From: a virus
Taxonomy: Duplodnaviria > Caudoviricetes
Length of the DNA stretch: 53,288 nucleotides
IMG/VR virus record: IMGVR_UViG_3300037507_002397
Location: 1-53,288 of that record
Direction: 5' to 3' (one strand)
How positions within the stretch are numbered: position 1 is the first letter of the stretch; the number at the start of each line of letters is the position of its first letter. The notes under the pieces were generated by a model that worked only from the letters and a program-made list of their open reading frames with translations, searched no databases and was not told the DNA's origin. Positions 28,094 through 35,538 of the stretch are shown here, one piece after another. Made by a program: the position numbers and the translations under genes.

Positions 28094-28534
28094 CTAGGTT
28101 TGATCCGAGGGGAGCGAATCAGCGTTGCCAGAGTCCGAAAGAATAGCCGCGCCGCCCCCAGCCAGCAGCGCGGTCTCGGTAATTTCAAGTGCCTGTGCCA
28201 GTTGTGGGAGCAGCGCGGCCGGCACTCCGCCTCCCTCGTCGTAGCCGTACAGAGTCGTCCGCTTGATGGTCACGCCGCGCTCGGCTAGGTACTCACGGAG
28301 TCCGATGACGGACAAGCCGAGTTCCTGTCGGCGCACGCGTATCCCGGGCATCCTCACGCTGTCTTTGTTTATCGCGCCCGGAGGTCGTCCGCGGCGTTTT
28401 GGTTTGTCTACATTGTCAATTCCCTGTTCCATCTTATTCAGCGCTTGTGAGATTGCCTCTATTATCTTCTGTTTGGATGATTCTGTTTTTTCACTCGTCA
28501 TAGTGTCTAGTCTTTTGTCGCCATTGGCGCTCAA
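28094..28534 (-). CDS. XRE-family HTH regulator with AT-hook-like motif
   Basis: IRVRRQELGLS...TLYGYDEG...P....L..LAQALEI; KRRGRPPG. Confidence 0.75.
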   Translation of the reverse strand: MSANGDKRLDTMTSEKTESSKQKIIEAISQALNKMEQGIDNVDKPKRRGRPPGAINKDSVRMPGIRVRRQELGLSVIGLREYLAERGVTIKRTTLYGYDEGGGVPAALLPQLAQALEITETALLAGGGAAILSDSGNADSLPSDQT

Positions 28535-28549
28535 GGTAGTCGTCGTAGC

Positions 28550-29245
28550 TCATCGCCAGAACCTCCTCCAAAATCCAAGCCTACGGTTCTGCTGGAATTC
28601 ATTGAACAATTGTTCGTGCTGGGCAAGCCTATTTTCGAACTGGGCAAGCCTATTTTTGAACAATTGTTCTTGCTGAACAAGCATCTCTTCAAACTGCTGC
28701 TTGTACTTGTCCAACTCGGCCCGCAAGTCATCATGCTGCGCGGACAGCTTTTTGGATTGGGCCAGTGAGGCCGATGTTTCTTGCACAATCTGCTCGGTGC
28801 GCTTTTCTTCCTGCCTTGCATTGCCGGATTTGCCAAGAGTATCAAACCCCAGTTCTGGGGCCACTCGAATAACCCTGCCTTCGCTGCGGATTGCCACTCC
28901 ATCGCCGTCGACCTTGATAGAGAAAGCGTTGCGCCTGATGCGATCAGCGACGCCCTCGTTGTTTTGGTTGTCAATGAAGGCCATGCCGACCAAGTTCTTC
29001 TTAGATCTTGAATCCATCAGTTCTTCAAGGTCAATCACTTTCTCCTGGTTCCAGTTGAGTAACTCGCTTACAGAGCCGTCTGGACGACGTTTTCTGTTTA
29101 GTAAAAGCGTTTTGGGAAAGTGCTCCCTTTTACGATCGGAAATGTATTCCCAGCTATTGGCATCCCTGAGCTGATTGTTGCGGGACTGATATGCACTCCT
29201 TTCGCTGTTTAGGTATGCGAGTGTGACAACTGTTGCGGTTTTCAT
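28550..29245 (-). CDS. Hypothetical protein with C-terminal coiled coil ending GFWRRFWR
   Basis: ORF with AGAAAGG RBS; visibly lower GC than flanks. Confidence 0.75.
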   Translation of the reverse strand: MKTATVVTLAYLNSERSAYQSRNNQLRDANSWEYISDRKREHFPKTLLLNRKRRPDGSVSELLNWNQEKVIDLEELMDSRSKKNLVGMAFIDNQNNEGVADRIRRNAFSIKVDGDGVAIRSEGRVIRVAPELGFDTLGKSGNARQEEKRTEQIVQETSASLAQSKKLSAQHDDLRAELDKYKQQFEEMLVQQEQLFKNRLAQFENRLAQHEQLFNEFQQNRRLGFWRRFWR

Positions 29246-29289
29246 GGCTTGCCTTTCTTGTTCTAAGTTTTGCGGGATCTGTTGTTGTT

Positions 29290-29991
29290 TTAAAACGTGC
29301 GCGCAATGCGCTCGTTGATCTTTTGAAAATCTTGTGAAACCCAGGGAGCGCCCGTGCGCTTGGGATAGGTTGCCCGGTTGCTGTTGAAACGAACAGCCAA
29401 CGCCGTCGCCCCGTTCGCGAGCTTGCGCGCGGTCAAGACGCGGCGGCGCTTCTTGAGAGCCGTGATGCGCGTGCGGATCTCATCGCGGATCGCGCGGTGC
29501 TCCTCGGCAGCGTTGCGAATCGCGGCTTGAATGTCGGGGTAATGCTTGATCCAGTATTCCTGGAGCCAATGCTCCGCGTATACGGCGGCGGGCGGCGGGC
29601 CGTCCTCCAGCGCACCACTCAGGTCGCCTGACATCCGGCTAGTTAGGTTTTGCGCGTCATGCATATCCCGCCCCAGAACCGCGCAAGCGAGGAAGGCATT
29701 CTTGAACTCCACTTCGATCCGCTTGCGCTCTTCCTCGAGAAGAGCGTCTACGGCCTGTTGTTCTTCGCAGGCGGCGTTCCACTCGGCAAAAGCCGCCCTG
29801 ATCTCGCAGAAGACGGGTTGCTCGATAGGGCACTCCTCGAGGTGCTTTCCGTCCGCGGCGAGGCGCCAGCCGTAAGGAACGCGCCCCGTCCGCAAACCTT
29901 GCTTGCGCTTATGCGCGAGCGCCGCTTTCGTGCGCGTCGAGATGTACTCTCGATATTCTCGCCGTGCGCTTTCCGATAGTTGATGACTCAT
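29290..29991 (-). CDS. Serine-recombinase-derived protein lacking the catalytic domain (start ATG 29991)
   Basis: REYISTRTKAAL.HKR.QG..TGRVPYGW...DGK.L....EQ is the helix-E/recombinase-domain entry; no Y.RVS catalytic motif. Confidence 0.72.
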   Translation of the reverse strand: MSHQLSESARREYREYISTRTKAALAHKRKQGLRTGRVPYGWRLAADGKHLEECPIEQPVFCEIRAAFAEWNAACEEQQAVDALLEEERKRIEVEFKNAFLACAVLGRDMHDAQNLTSRMSGDLSGALEDGPPPAAVYAEHWLQEYWIKHYPDIQAAIRNAAEEHRAIRDEIRTRITALKKRRRVLTARKLANGATALAVRFNSNRATYPKRTGAPWVSQDFQKINERIARTF

Positions 29992-30386
29992 CGCCGCGCT
30001 CCATTCGTGCGCCGGATCTCTCCTAGTTTTTCTTCGACGGCAAGACACTGCGCGAGTCGCTCACGATTGACGGCCGCGCGCCGTTGCTGGATCCAGTTTT
30101 CGTAGGTTGCCTCGCCGCCGAAGCACGCGCCGGGCGCGTGATCCCAGAGGAACGCGAGCAGCAGCCGAACGCTTGCAAGTCCGTCGAGTCCCATCGTTTC
30201 GACGCAAGCTGACAAATCGTTCCGCAGGATGGCACGCACGCATGGGTGGCTGGGCTCGATGCCGTTGGCAATGTACTCCAAGACCTGCTGCCTCCAGTCG
30301 GCATCTGCATCGCTGTACGGCTCGGCCTCGATCAGCGAGCGCACGCGCAGGAAGTCAACCGATCGGCCTTTGTCGAAATTATTCAC
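29988..30386 (-). CDS. Hypothetical early protein
   Basis: Coupled ORF (AILRNDL...AP.ACFGG...W). Confidence 0.7.
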   Translation of the reverse strand: MNNFDKGRSVDFLRVRSLIEAEPYSDADADWRQQVLEYIANGIEPSHPCVRAILRNDLSACVETMGLDGLASVRLLLAFLWDHAPGACFGGEATYENWIQQRRAAVNRERLAQCLAVEEKLGEIRRTNGARR

Positions 30387-30763
30387 GACGCGGCCTCCAT
30401 CTTGTAGCGGAGGAGCTCGACTCCGGGCCAGCCGTGCATCGGGATGCCGCGCGAGTCGAGGCCGAGCAGATCATTTCGCAAGTCGCGCGCATCGACGATG
30501 TAAGTTGCGTGCATGTCGTAGGCGAGCCAGCGGAGGATGTCGACCGAGTCTAGGATATCGGGGCCGTCGACGTGTTTAGTCGGCGAATTTTGATCTGCGG
30601 AGGCCATACTTTGTGCGAGCATGACCAGCTCATGCTGGTCGGCAGCCGGGAGGATGTAGGCCGGGCCGCTGTGCGGCGTCAGGACGACGAGCACCGGATA
30701 TTGCAGGCCGCTAATATCGACCGGGCGGCTACGTCGAGAGTGTGTGTTGTGAATTGTGATCAT
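30383..30763 (-). CDS. Hypothetical early protein, directly downstream of the hammerhead ribozyme
   Basis: ATG preceded by AGAAAGACAC-N5. Confidence 0.7.
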   Translation of the reverse strand: MITIHNTHSRRSRPVDISGLQYPVLVVLTPHSGPAYILPAADQHELVMLAQSMASADQNSPTKHVDGPDILDSVDILRWLAYDMHATYIVDARDLRNDLLGLDSRGIPMHGWPGVELLRYKMEAAS

Positions 30764-30785
30764 GGCTTGTGTCTTTCTCTGGTTT

Positions 30786-30839
30786 CCCGTTTCGGCCGTC
30801 CGTCGGCCTCATCAGCGGCGCGGGTCAGCGCCGGACGGG
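30786..30839 (-). ncRNA. Type III hammerhead ribozyme
   Basis: Minus strand reads CCCGUC^CGGCGC-UGACCC-GCGCCG-CUGAUGA-GGCCG-ACGGA-CGGCC-GAAA-CGGG: complete core, GUC triplet and three fully paired stems; predicted cut between 30834 and 30833. Confidence 0.93.
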
Positions 30840-30855
30840 GCGGCCCGAAGGCCGC
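30840..30855 (-). other. C(UUCG)G tetraloop hairpin immediately 5' of the ribozyme
   Basis: GCGGCC-TTCG-GGCCGC on minus, no U-tract. Confidence 0.7.
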
Positions 30856-30861
30856 TAGGCT

Positions 30862-31143
30862 TTATGCTGCGTGGATCTCGGCTGCGGTCTGGATCATCTC
30901 GCGGACGGCTGCGGTCTTGTATGCGGCGAGCGATTCGCTAACGCTTCTGAATTTGCGGCCCATACCCCGCCAAGCCTTCCAGCTAGAGTTTTTGACCACG
31001 ACTCGCACTTCGTTTTGCCAGCTTTCGGGGCCAGAAGAGATCTGCACATACGCGGAGTGATTGCCGCAGGCCAGATCCGCGTAGAGGATGCGGCGGCCTT
31101 CTTCGGGGGTCTGGGTGATCGTGTGGATAATCTGGACTTGCAT
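30862..31143 (-). CDS. Hypothetical early protein, first gene of the leftward operon
   Basis: ATG preceded by AGAAAGACGC-N5; downstream of TATAAT. Confidence 0.75.
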   Translation of the reverse strand: MQVQIIHTITQTPEEGRRILYADLACGNHSAYVQISSGPESWQNEVRVVVKNSSWKAWRGMGRKFRSVSESLAAYKTAAVREMIQTAAEIHAA

Positions 31144-31424
31144 GGCTCGCGTCTTTCTGTCTGGGTTTGTCTCGGCCGCCCTGCGCGGCCTGTCCCCTAT
31201 TATACGCGGACCCGAGCATGGGGTATACCCGGAAAATGCTTTTCCCCGTCACCTTTTCCCTAAGTGTGGGAAAACGAAGGACTTGCGCTGTTCTGTCCCT
31301 GAAATGGGAAGGGGGTGGGCGAATTTTCCCGGAATCCCTCTAGCCTTTTCCCGGGACTGCCGTAGTATGGGTAGACCGCAGCGCGAGGTGCGCCGCGGGC
31401 AACCCCAAAAGAAAGACACGACAG
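31144..31424. promoter_or_regulatory. Divergent early promoter region
   Basis: Leftward -10 TATAAT (31199-31204, minus); rightward TAGCCT-N16-TAGTAT (31341-31368); GGGTATACCC palindrome; several TTTTCCC/GGGAAAA boxes; GC hairpins at both predicted 5' ends. Confidence 0.7.
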
Positions 31425-31706
31425 ATGAACACGAACACGCTCACCCTCCCCAGAATCAGCCTCGGCGGGACTAACGGCGACGACCTGCTGGAAAGCTACG
31501 GCGTGGCCTATCGTGCGGCGCTTGAGGCCCTTGGCAAGCTGGCGCAAAACGCCTGCCCCAACGGGCGCGACTATGCGTCATGGGACGACTTCCTGGCGGC
31601 AAAGGAACAGCACGAAGAGCGCATGAAGCGCATCGAGTCCGTTGTTCTTGAGCTGGACCAAATCCGCGATTCGATCTGCACCCAAACCTTGGAGCGCAAG
31701 CTGTGA
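31425..31706 (+). CDS. Hypothetical early protein, first gene of the rightward operon
   Basis: ATG preceded by AGAAAGACAC-N5; PNGRDY motif. Confidence 0.8.
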   Translation: MNTNTLTLPRISLGGTNGDDLLESYGVAYRAALEALGKLAQNACPNGRDYASWDDFLAAKEQHEERMKRIESVVLELDQIRDSICTQTLERKL

Positions 31707-31772
31707 CCGCCGATCAAACCCCCTGCGTCTGAAATTTCCCAACCCCAACCTCACGAAAGAAAGACACGAACC

Positions 31773-32228
31773 ATGAAACTCTCTTCCGCCACTATCCGTA
31801 CTCTGACCCTGCACCGCGCGGCGGACAGCAACCAGCCGTGCAAGGCCCAGATCGCCGGCATCCTCGCCGAGCCGACGGCCGACCTGCTCGCGCAGTCCCC
31901 GGATGCGATCCTACACCTCGGGATACTCGCGCATCTTGCATCAGCTCAGGATCATCACGACGCGGAGGACATCTACGCCGACTTCCGGGCTGCTTGCTCG
32001 ACCTGCTTCGCCGACCTGCGCGTCACGCTGGAGGATGCGGAGGACGGCCCCGACCTGAGCGACTACAGCGGCAGCGCGCTGGATCTGCTGGTCGACAACG
32101 GCTATGACCTTGAGGTCCTCGAGGCCGTTGTCGAGATTCGCACCGAGCGGACTCGCGCAGTACGCATCGGTGGCGGTGCTGGTGCGGCCTACATTCTGCG
32201 CGGCGCCGGCGCGGAGGTGCGGTCGTGA
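31773..32228 (+). CDS. Hypothetical acidic early protein
   Basis: ATG preceded by AGAAAGACAC-N5. Confidence 0.75.
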   Translation: MKLSSATIRTLTLHRAADSNQPCKAQIAGILAEPTADLLAQSPDAILHLGILAHLASAQDHHDAEDIYADFRAACSTCFADLRVTLEDAEDGPDLSDYSGSALDLLVDNGYDLEVLEAVVEIRTERTRAVRIGGGAGAAYILRGAGAEVRS

Positions 32229-32629
32229 TCCGCTCCATCCTCGCTCTAGCCTTGCTCGCGGCTCCGGTCATCGCCGGCGAAAAGGAGATGCGCCGCTTCC
32301 TCGATGCGATCCGCCGAGTCGAGACTGGAGGGCTACCCGCCGCCGGCGTCGGCGCGGTCGGAGACAAGGGCGCGAGCATCGGCCCCTACCAAATCCAGCG
32401 CGCCTACTGGCTGGACTCGCGCATCCCCGGCGAGTACCGATCCTGCCTGACGGACGCCGCATACTCCGAGCGCGTGATGCGTGCCTACTGGGCGCGCTAC
32501 TGCCCGGATGCGCTGCGGTCCGAAAATTGGGAAGTTCTCGCGCGCGTCCACAATGGCGGGCCAAAAGGTGCGAAGAAAACCGCGACTGTGAAGTACTGGG
32601 ACAAAGTGAAAAAGGAGATGAGCAAGTGA
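32225..32629 (+). CDS. Secreted i-type (destabilase-like) lysozyme
   Basis: Signal peptide MIRSILALALLAAPVIA; FLDAIRRVETGG, GPYQIQRAYWLD, ARVHNGGPKG and T.KYWDKV motifs. Confidence 0.85.
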   Translation: MIRSILALALLAAPVIAGEKEMRRFLDAIRRVETGGLPAAGVGAVGDKGASIGPYQIQRAYWLDSRIPGEYRSCLTDAAYSERVMRAYWARYCPDALRSENWEVLARVHNGGPKGAKKTATVKYWDKVKKEMSK

Positions 32630-33408
32630 ACCTAGAGAAAAGGCTGGAAGAGTCCGACATCAAGGGTCTGGTGGTCGAGTCGATCTACCTTGACGGCGGC
32701 GGTGTCGTGCGCATCAATGGAAAAATCCGCATCGAGGCTGTGGGCGATTGCTGCTCTCGCGGATGGATCGAGTATCTGAAGCACCCGCCGTTGCCGTTCA
32801 CGATCCTTTCGGGCCGTGGAGACTTTGGAGACGAATGGGTCACTGACCATAGCGACCCTGGACACCGCGCAGGATGCGATGTGCTCACGGTGTACCGCGC
32901 ATCGTACCCCACAGACCGCGACGATCTTTCCATGACCGTCCTGAACGATTCCAACGGGTACTACGGATCGCAGGTTGAGTGGATCGGGCACGTGGAAGCC
33001 AGCGATCTGGACAAGCTCGGCATGATGGGGTTTGGAAGCCACGAGATGTCCAGTCATGTGGCTAAGCATGGCTCGCTCGCTGGCGCATGGAACGACCTGC
33101 GACCTCAGTGGATCATCGGTCTGTGCGCGGCCATGAAGTACCGGGTTGGCGAGCACGATTCCGCATGGGATATCGCGCATCCTGGCTCTCCTGTGGACCA
33201 GACCGCCAAAATGCTGTCCGCAATCATGAAGCACGAGCGCTACATAACTGGGCGAACCGTGACCGAAACCCTGATCGGAGAGGCGATGAACATCACCCGC
33301 CAGCGGATCGACGCTTGGCTTCTTGACTACCGAGCAAGTCGCCTCGCATGGTGTGTGGCGAACAAGTCCAAGATCCTGGAAGCATTTGCCAAATGGGGGC
33401 ACCAATGA
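32626..33408 (+). CDS. Hypothetical protein with DCCS...SNGYYG motifs (start GTG 32626)
   Basis: GTGA overlap with the lysozyme stop; the upstream extension of ORF 32104 overlaps real genes. Confidence 0.7.
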   Translation: MNLEKRLEESDIKGLVVESIYLDGGGVVRINGKIRIEAVGDCCSRGWIEYLKHPPLPFTILSGRGDFGDEWVTDHSDPGHRAGCDVLTVYRASYPTDRDDLSMTVLNDSNGYYGSQVEWIGHVEASDLDKLGMMGFGSHEMSSHVAKHGSLAGAWNDLRPQWIIGLCAAMKYRVGEHDSAWDIAHPGSPVDQTAKMLSAIMKHERYITGRTVTETLIGEAMNITRQRIDAWLLDYRASRLAWCVANKSKILEAFAKWGHQ

Positions 33409-34382
33409 CACTCAAAACCCTGACCCGCGATGACTGGCTTTATCTCCGCCGGCACTCCATCGGAGCAAGCGAGGCCGCTGCTGCTTGCGGCGAGTCGCCC
33501 TACCTGTCCGAACTCGAACTGTATGCGCGCAAGCTGGGCATGATGCCTGACCCGGATCTAGGCTCGATCGAACACGTCCGATGGGGCAATCTGCTGGAAC
33601 CGGCCATCGTCGAGGAGACCTGCCGGCGGCTGGATCTGCGACCGCTTGGCATCGAGGAGTCTGCCGAGCGGCTCGGCGGATCCCCCGATGTCGAGATCGT
33701 TGGCGCACTGGAAGGGCGGCAGCTTTTCCTGCGCTCGATTCCACACCCGTACATGACCGCGACTCTCGACGGAATCGCGATCGACGGTGACGGCGCGCTG
33801 GTGAGCATCGAGGCGAAGAATACGAGCGCATGGCGGCTCGAGGACTGGCAGGACGGCGGCTCTCCGGGGCACTACCAGATTCAAGTCGTGCACCAGCTTG
33901 CGGTCGCCGCGCCGATCTCGCGCGGGATCCTCGCCGGACTTGTGGGCGGGAACGCGCTCAAGATCGCGCCGGCAATGCGCCGGGAGGATGCGCCCATTGC
34001 GGCCCTTATCGAGGTCGAGCGTGCATTTTGGAAGCGCGTGCAGTCCGCACAGCCGCCAAAGGCCGACGGGTCGGCGAGCAGCGCGAGTGCGCTCAAGGCA
34101 CTACACCCGGATGACAACGGCGAGAGCATCACGCTGCCGCTGGAGATGATCGCGCTGCACGAGGAGCTGTCCCAACTTGAGGACGAGGCCAAGCAACGAT
34201 CAAAAAAGATCGAGTCGCTGCGCGTCTTGCTCCGAGAGGCACTAGGATCCAACACCTACGGCATTCTGCCCAACGGGCAGGGCCGCTACAGCTACAAAAC
34301 GCAGACACGGGTAGAGCGCACCCAGCCGGCGTCGAAGTCCCGCGTGCTCAGGTTTTCAAAGGCAAAAGGAAAGACACAATGA
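33405..34382 (+). CDS. YqaJ/lambda-exonuclease-family recombination nuclease
   Basis: WL..RR.SIGASE, WGNLLEP, ATLDG, IEAKNT and Y.IQV.HQL motifs. Confidence 0.93.
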   Translation: MTLKTLTRDDWLYLRRHSIGASEAAAACGESPYLSELELYARKLGMMPDPDLGSIEHVRWGNLLEPAIVEETCRRLDLRPLGIEESAERLGGSPDVEIVGALEGRQLFLRSIPHPYMTATLDGIAIDGDGALVSIEAKNTSAWRLEDWQDGGSPGHYQIQVVHQLAVAAPISRGILAGLVGGNALKIAPAMRREDAPIAALIEVERAFWKRVQSAQPPKADGSASSASALKALHPDDNGESITLPLEMIALHEELSQLEDEAKQRSKKIESLRVLLREALGSNTYGILPNGQGRYSYKTQTRVERTQPASKSRVLRFSKAKGKTQ

Positions 34383-35296
34383 CAAACACAATCACCACCC
34401 AACCCACTCAGTCCGTGCAGCGCGCAGCGCCGCGAACCGTAGCCGACATGCTGACCGGAGATCAGCGGCTCTTGCAGTCAATGGCGAATGCGCTTCCACG
34501 GCACATTCCGTCTGACCGCTTCGCGCGCGTCTGCCTGACCGCACTTCGGCGCACTCCCAAGTTGCAGCAGACGAAGCCGGAAAGTCTGCTCGCGGCCCTG
34601 ATGACTTGCGCGCAGCTTGGACTCGAGCCGAACGACCCGCGGCAGCTTGCCTACCTGATCCCCTACGGTCAGGAGTGCCAGCTCATCATCGGCTGGCGTG
34701 GATACATCGAGCTGGCGATGCGTTCCGGGATGGTCAGCAACATCCAGGCACAGGTCGTGTATGAGCGCGATGGCTTCGAATACGAGCAGGGTCTGGAATT
34801 GAAACTCAAGCACACGCCCTACCTTGGCAGCGATCCCCGCGGCAAGGTCATCGCCAGCTACGCCGTCGCCACGATGTCGAACGGTCACAAGGCATTCGTC
34901 GTGCTGCCGCGCTGCGATATCGAGCGCGCACGCGCGGCGAGCAGCGGCGTGAAGTCCGGCCGCGCGACTCCTTGGGATGATTGGTTCCCGGAGATGGCGA
35001 TGAAGACCGCGGTGCGCCGGTTGGCGAAATTCATGCCGCAAAGCCCGGAGTTCGCGCGCGCGCTCGAGGCCGATGATGCCAAGGGCTTGACGATCGACCC
35101 GGTAACGATGTCTCCGGAGAGCATCGAGATCGAACCGGCGATGAGTCTCGCCGAGGTGGCGGATGAGGGCGAGCCTACACCGACAAGTCAGGCGCAGGCT
35201 CAAGACCTGGGCGCACGCTTGGAGCAAAAGGCCGCGACGGTTGCCACGCCCGCCAAGGGGCAAAGCCGCTTCGCGGATGAAGGCGGTGCGGAGTGA
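34379..35296 (+). CDS. recT: RecT-family single-strand annealing protein
   Basis: AQLGLEP....AYLIPY...CQLIIGWRG.IELA.RSG; PW...FPEMA.KT.VRRL.K.MP. Confidence 0.95.
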   Translation: MTNTITTQPTQSVQRAAPRTVADMLTGDQRLLQSMANALPRHIPSDRFARVCLTALRRTPKLQQTKPESLLAALMTCAQLGLEPNDPRQLAYLIPYGQECQLIIGWRGYIELAMRSGMVSNIQAQVVYERDGFEYEQGLELKLKHTPYLGSDPRGKVIASYAVATMSNGHKAFVVLPRCDIERARAASSGVKSGRATPWDDWFPEMAMKTAVRRLAKFMPQSPEFARALEADDAKGLTIDPVTMSPESIEIEPAMSLAEVADEGEPTPTSQAQAQDLGARLEQKAATVATPAKGQSRFADEGGAE

Positions 35297-35538
35297 GTTC
35301 TAAAATTGAAGCGGCTGATGTTCTCATTGTTGTCCGCATGACAGCCGAGGTGGCGCAGACCCACCAAACGCTATACCAGCTTGACGCGCTGCTGAATTGT
35401 ATTGGCGACGATGGCGCAAACCGCGCAGAGATCAAAGCTCTGCATGATGCGCTTGACGAGCGATTCTCAAGGCTTCTCAGATCGTATGAGCGTCTGGTTT
35501 ACAAGTACACGGAATCCACCGAAGGTGGTGCAGAGTGA
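35293..35538 (+). CDS. Hypothetical protein
   Basis: Coupled ORF. Confidence 0.6.
   Translation: MSSKIEAADVLIVVRMTAEVAQTHQTLYQLDALLNCIGDDGANRAEIKALHDALDERFSRLLRSYERLVYKYTESTEGGAE

Noticed and set aside
29290-30048. Functional integrase implying a prophage
   Set aside because: Catalytic serine domain absent; no host genes or att sites seen; the window closes on itself.
31158-31192. GGCCGC-hairpin followed by GAGAC, resembling hammerhead stem II plus GAAAC
   Set aside because: No CUGANGA or cleavage triplet; more simply a 5' stabilising hairpin.
32104-32625. N-terminal extension of ORF 32104..33408
   Set aside because: Overlaps two better-supported genes; the real start is probably GTG 32626.
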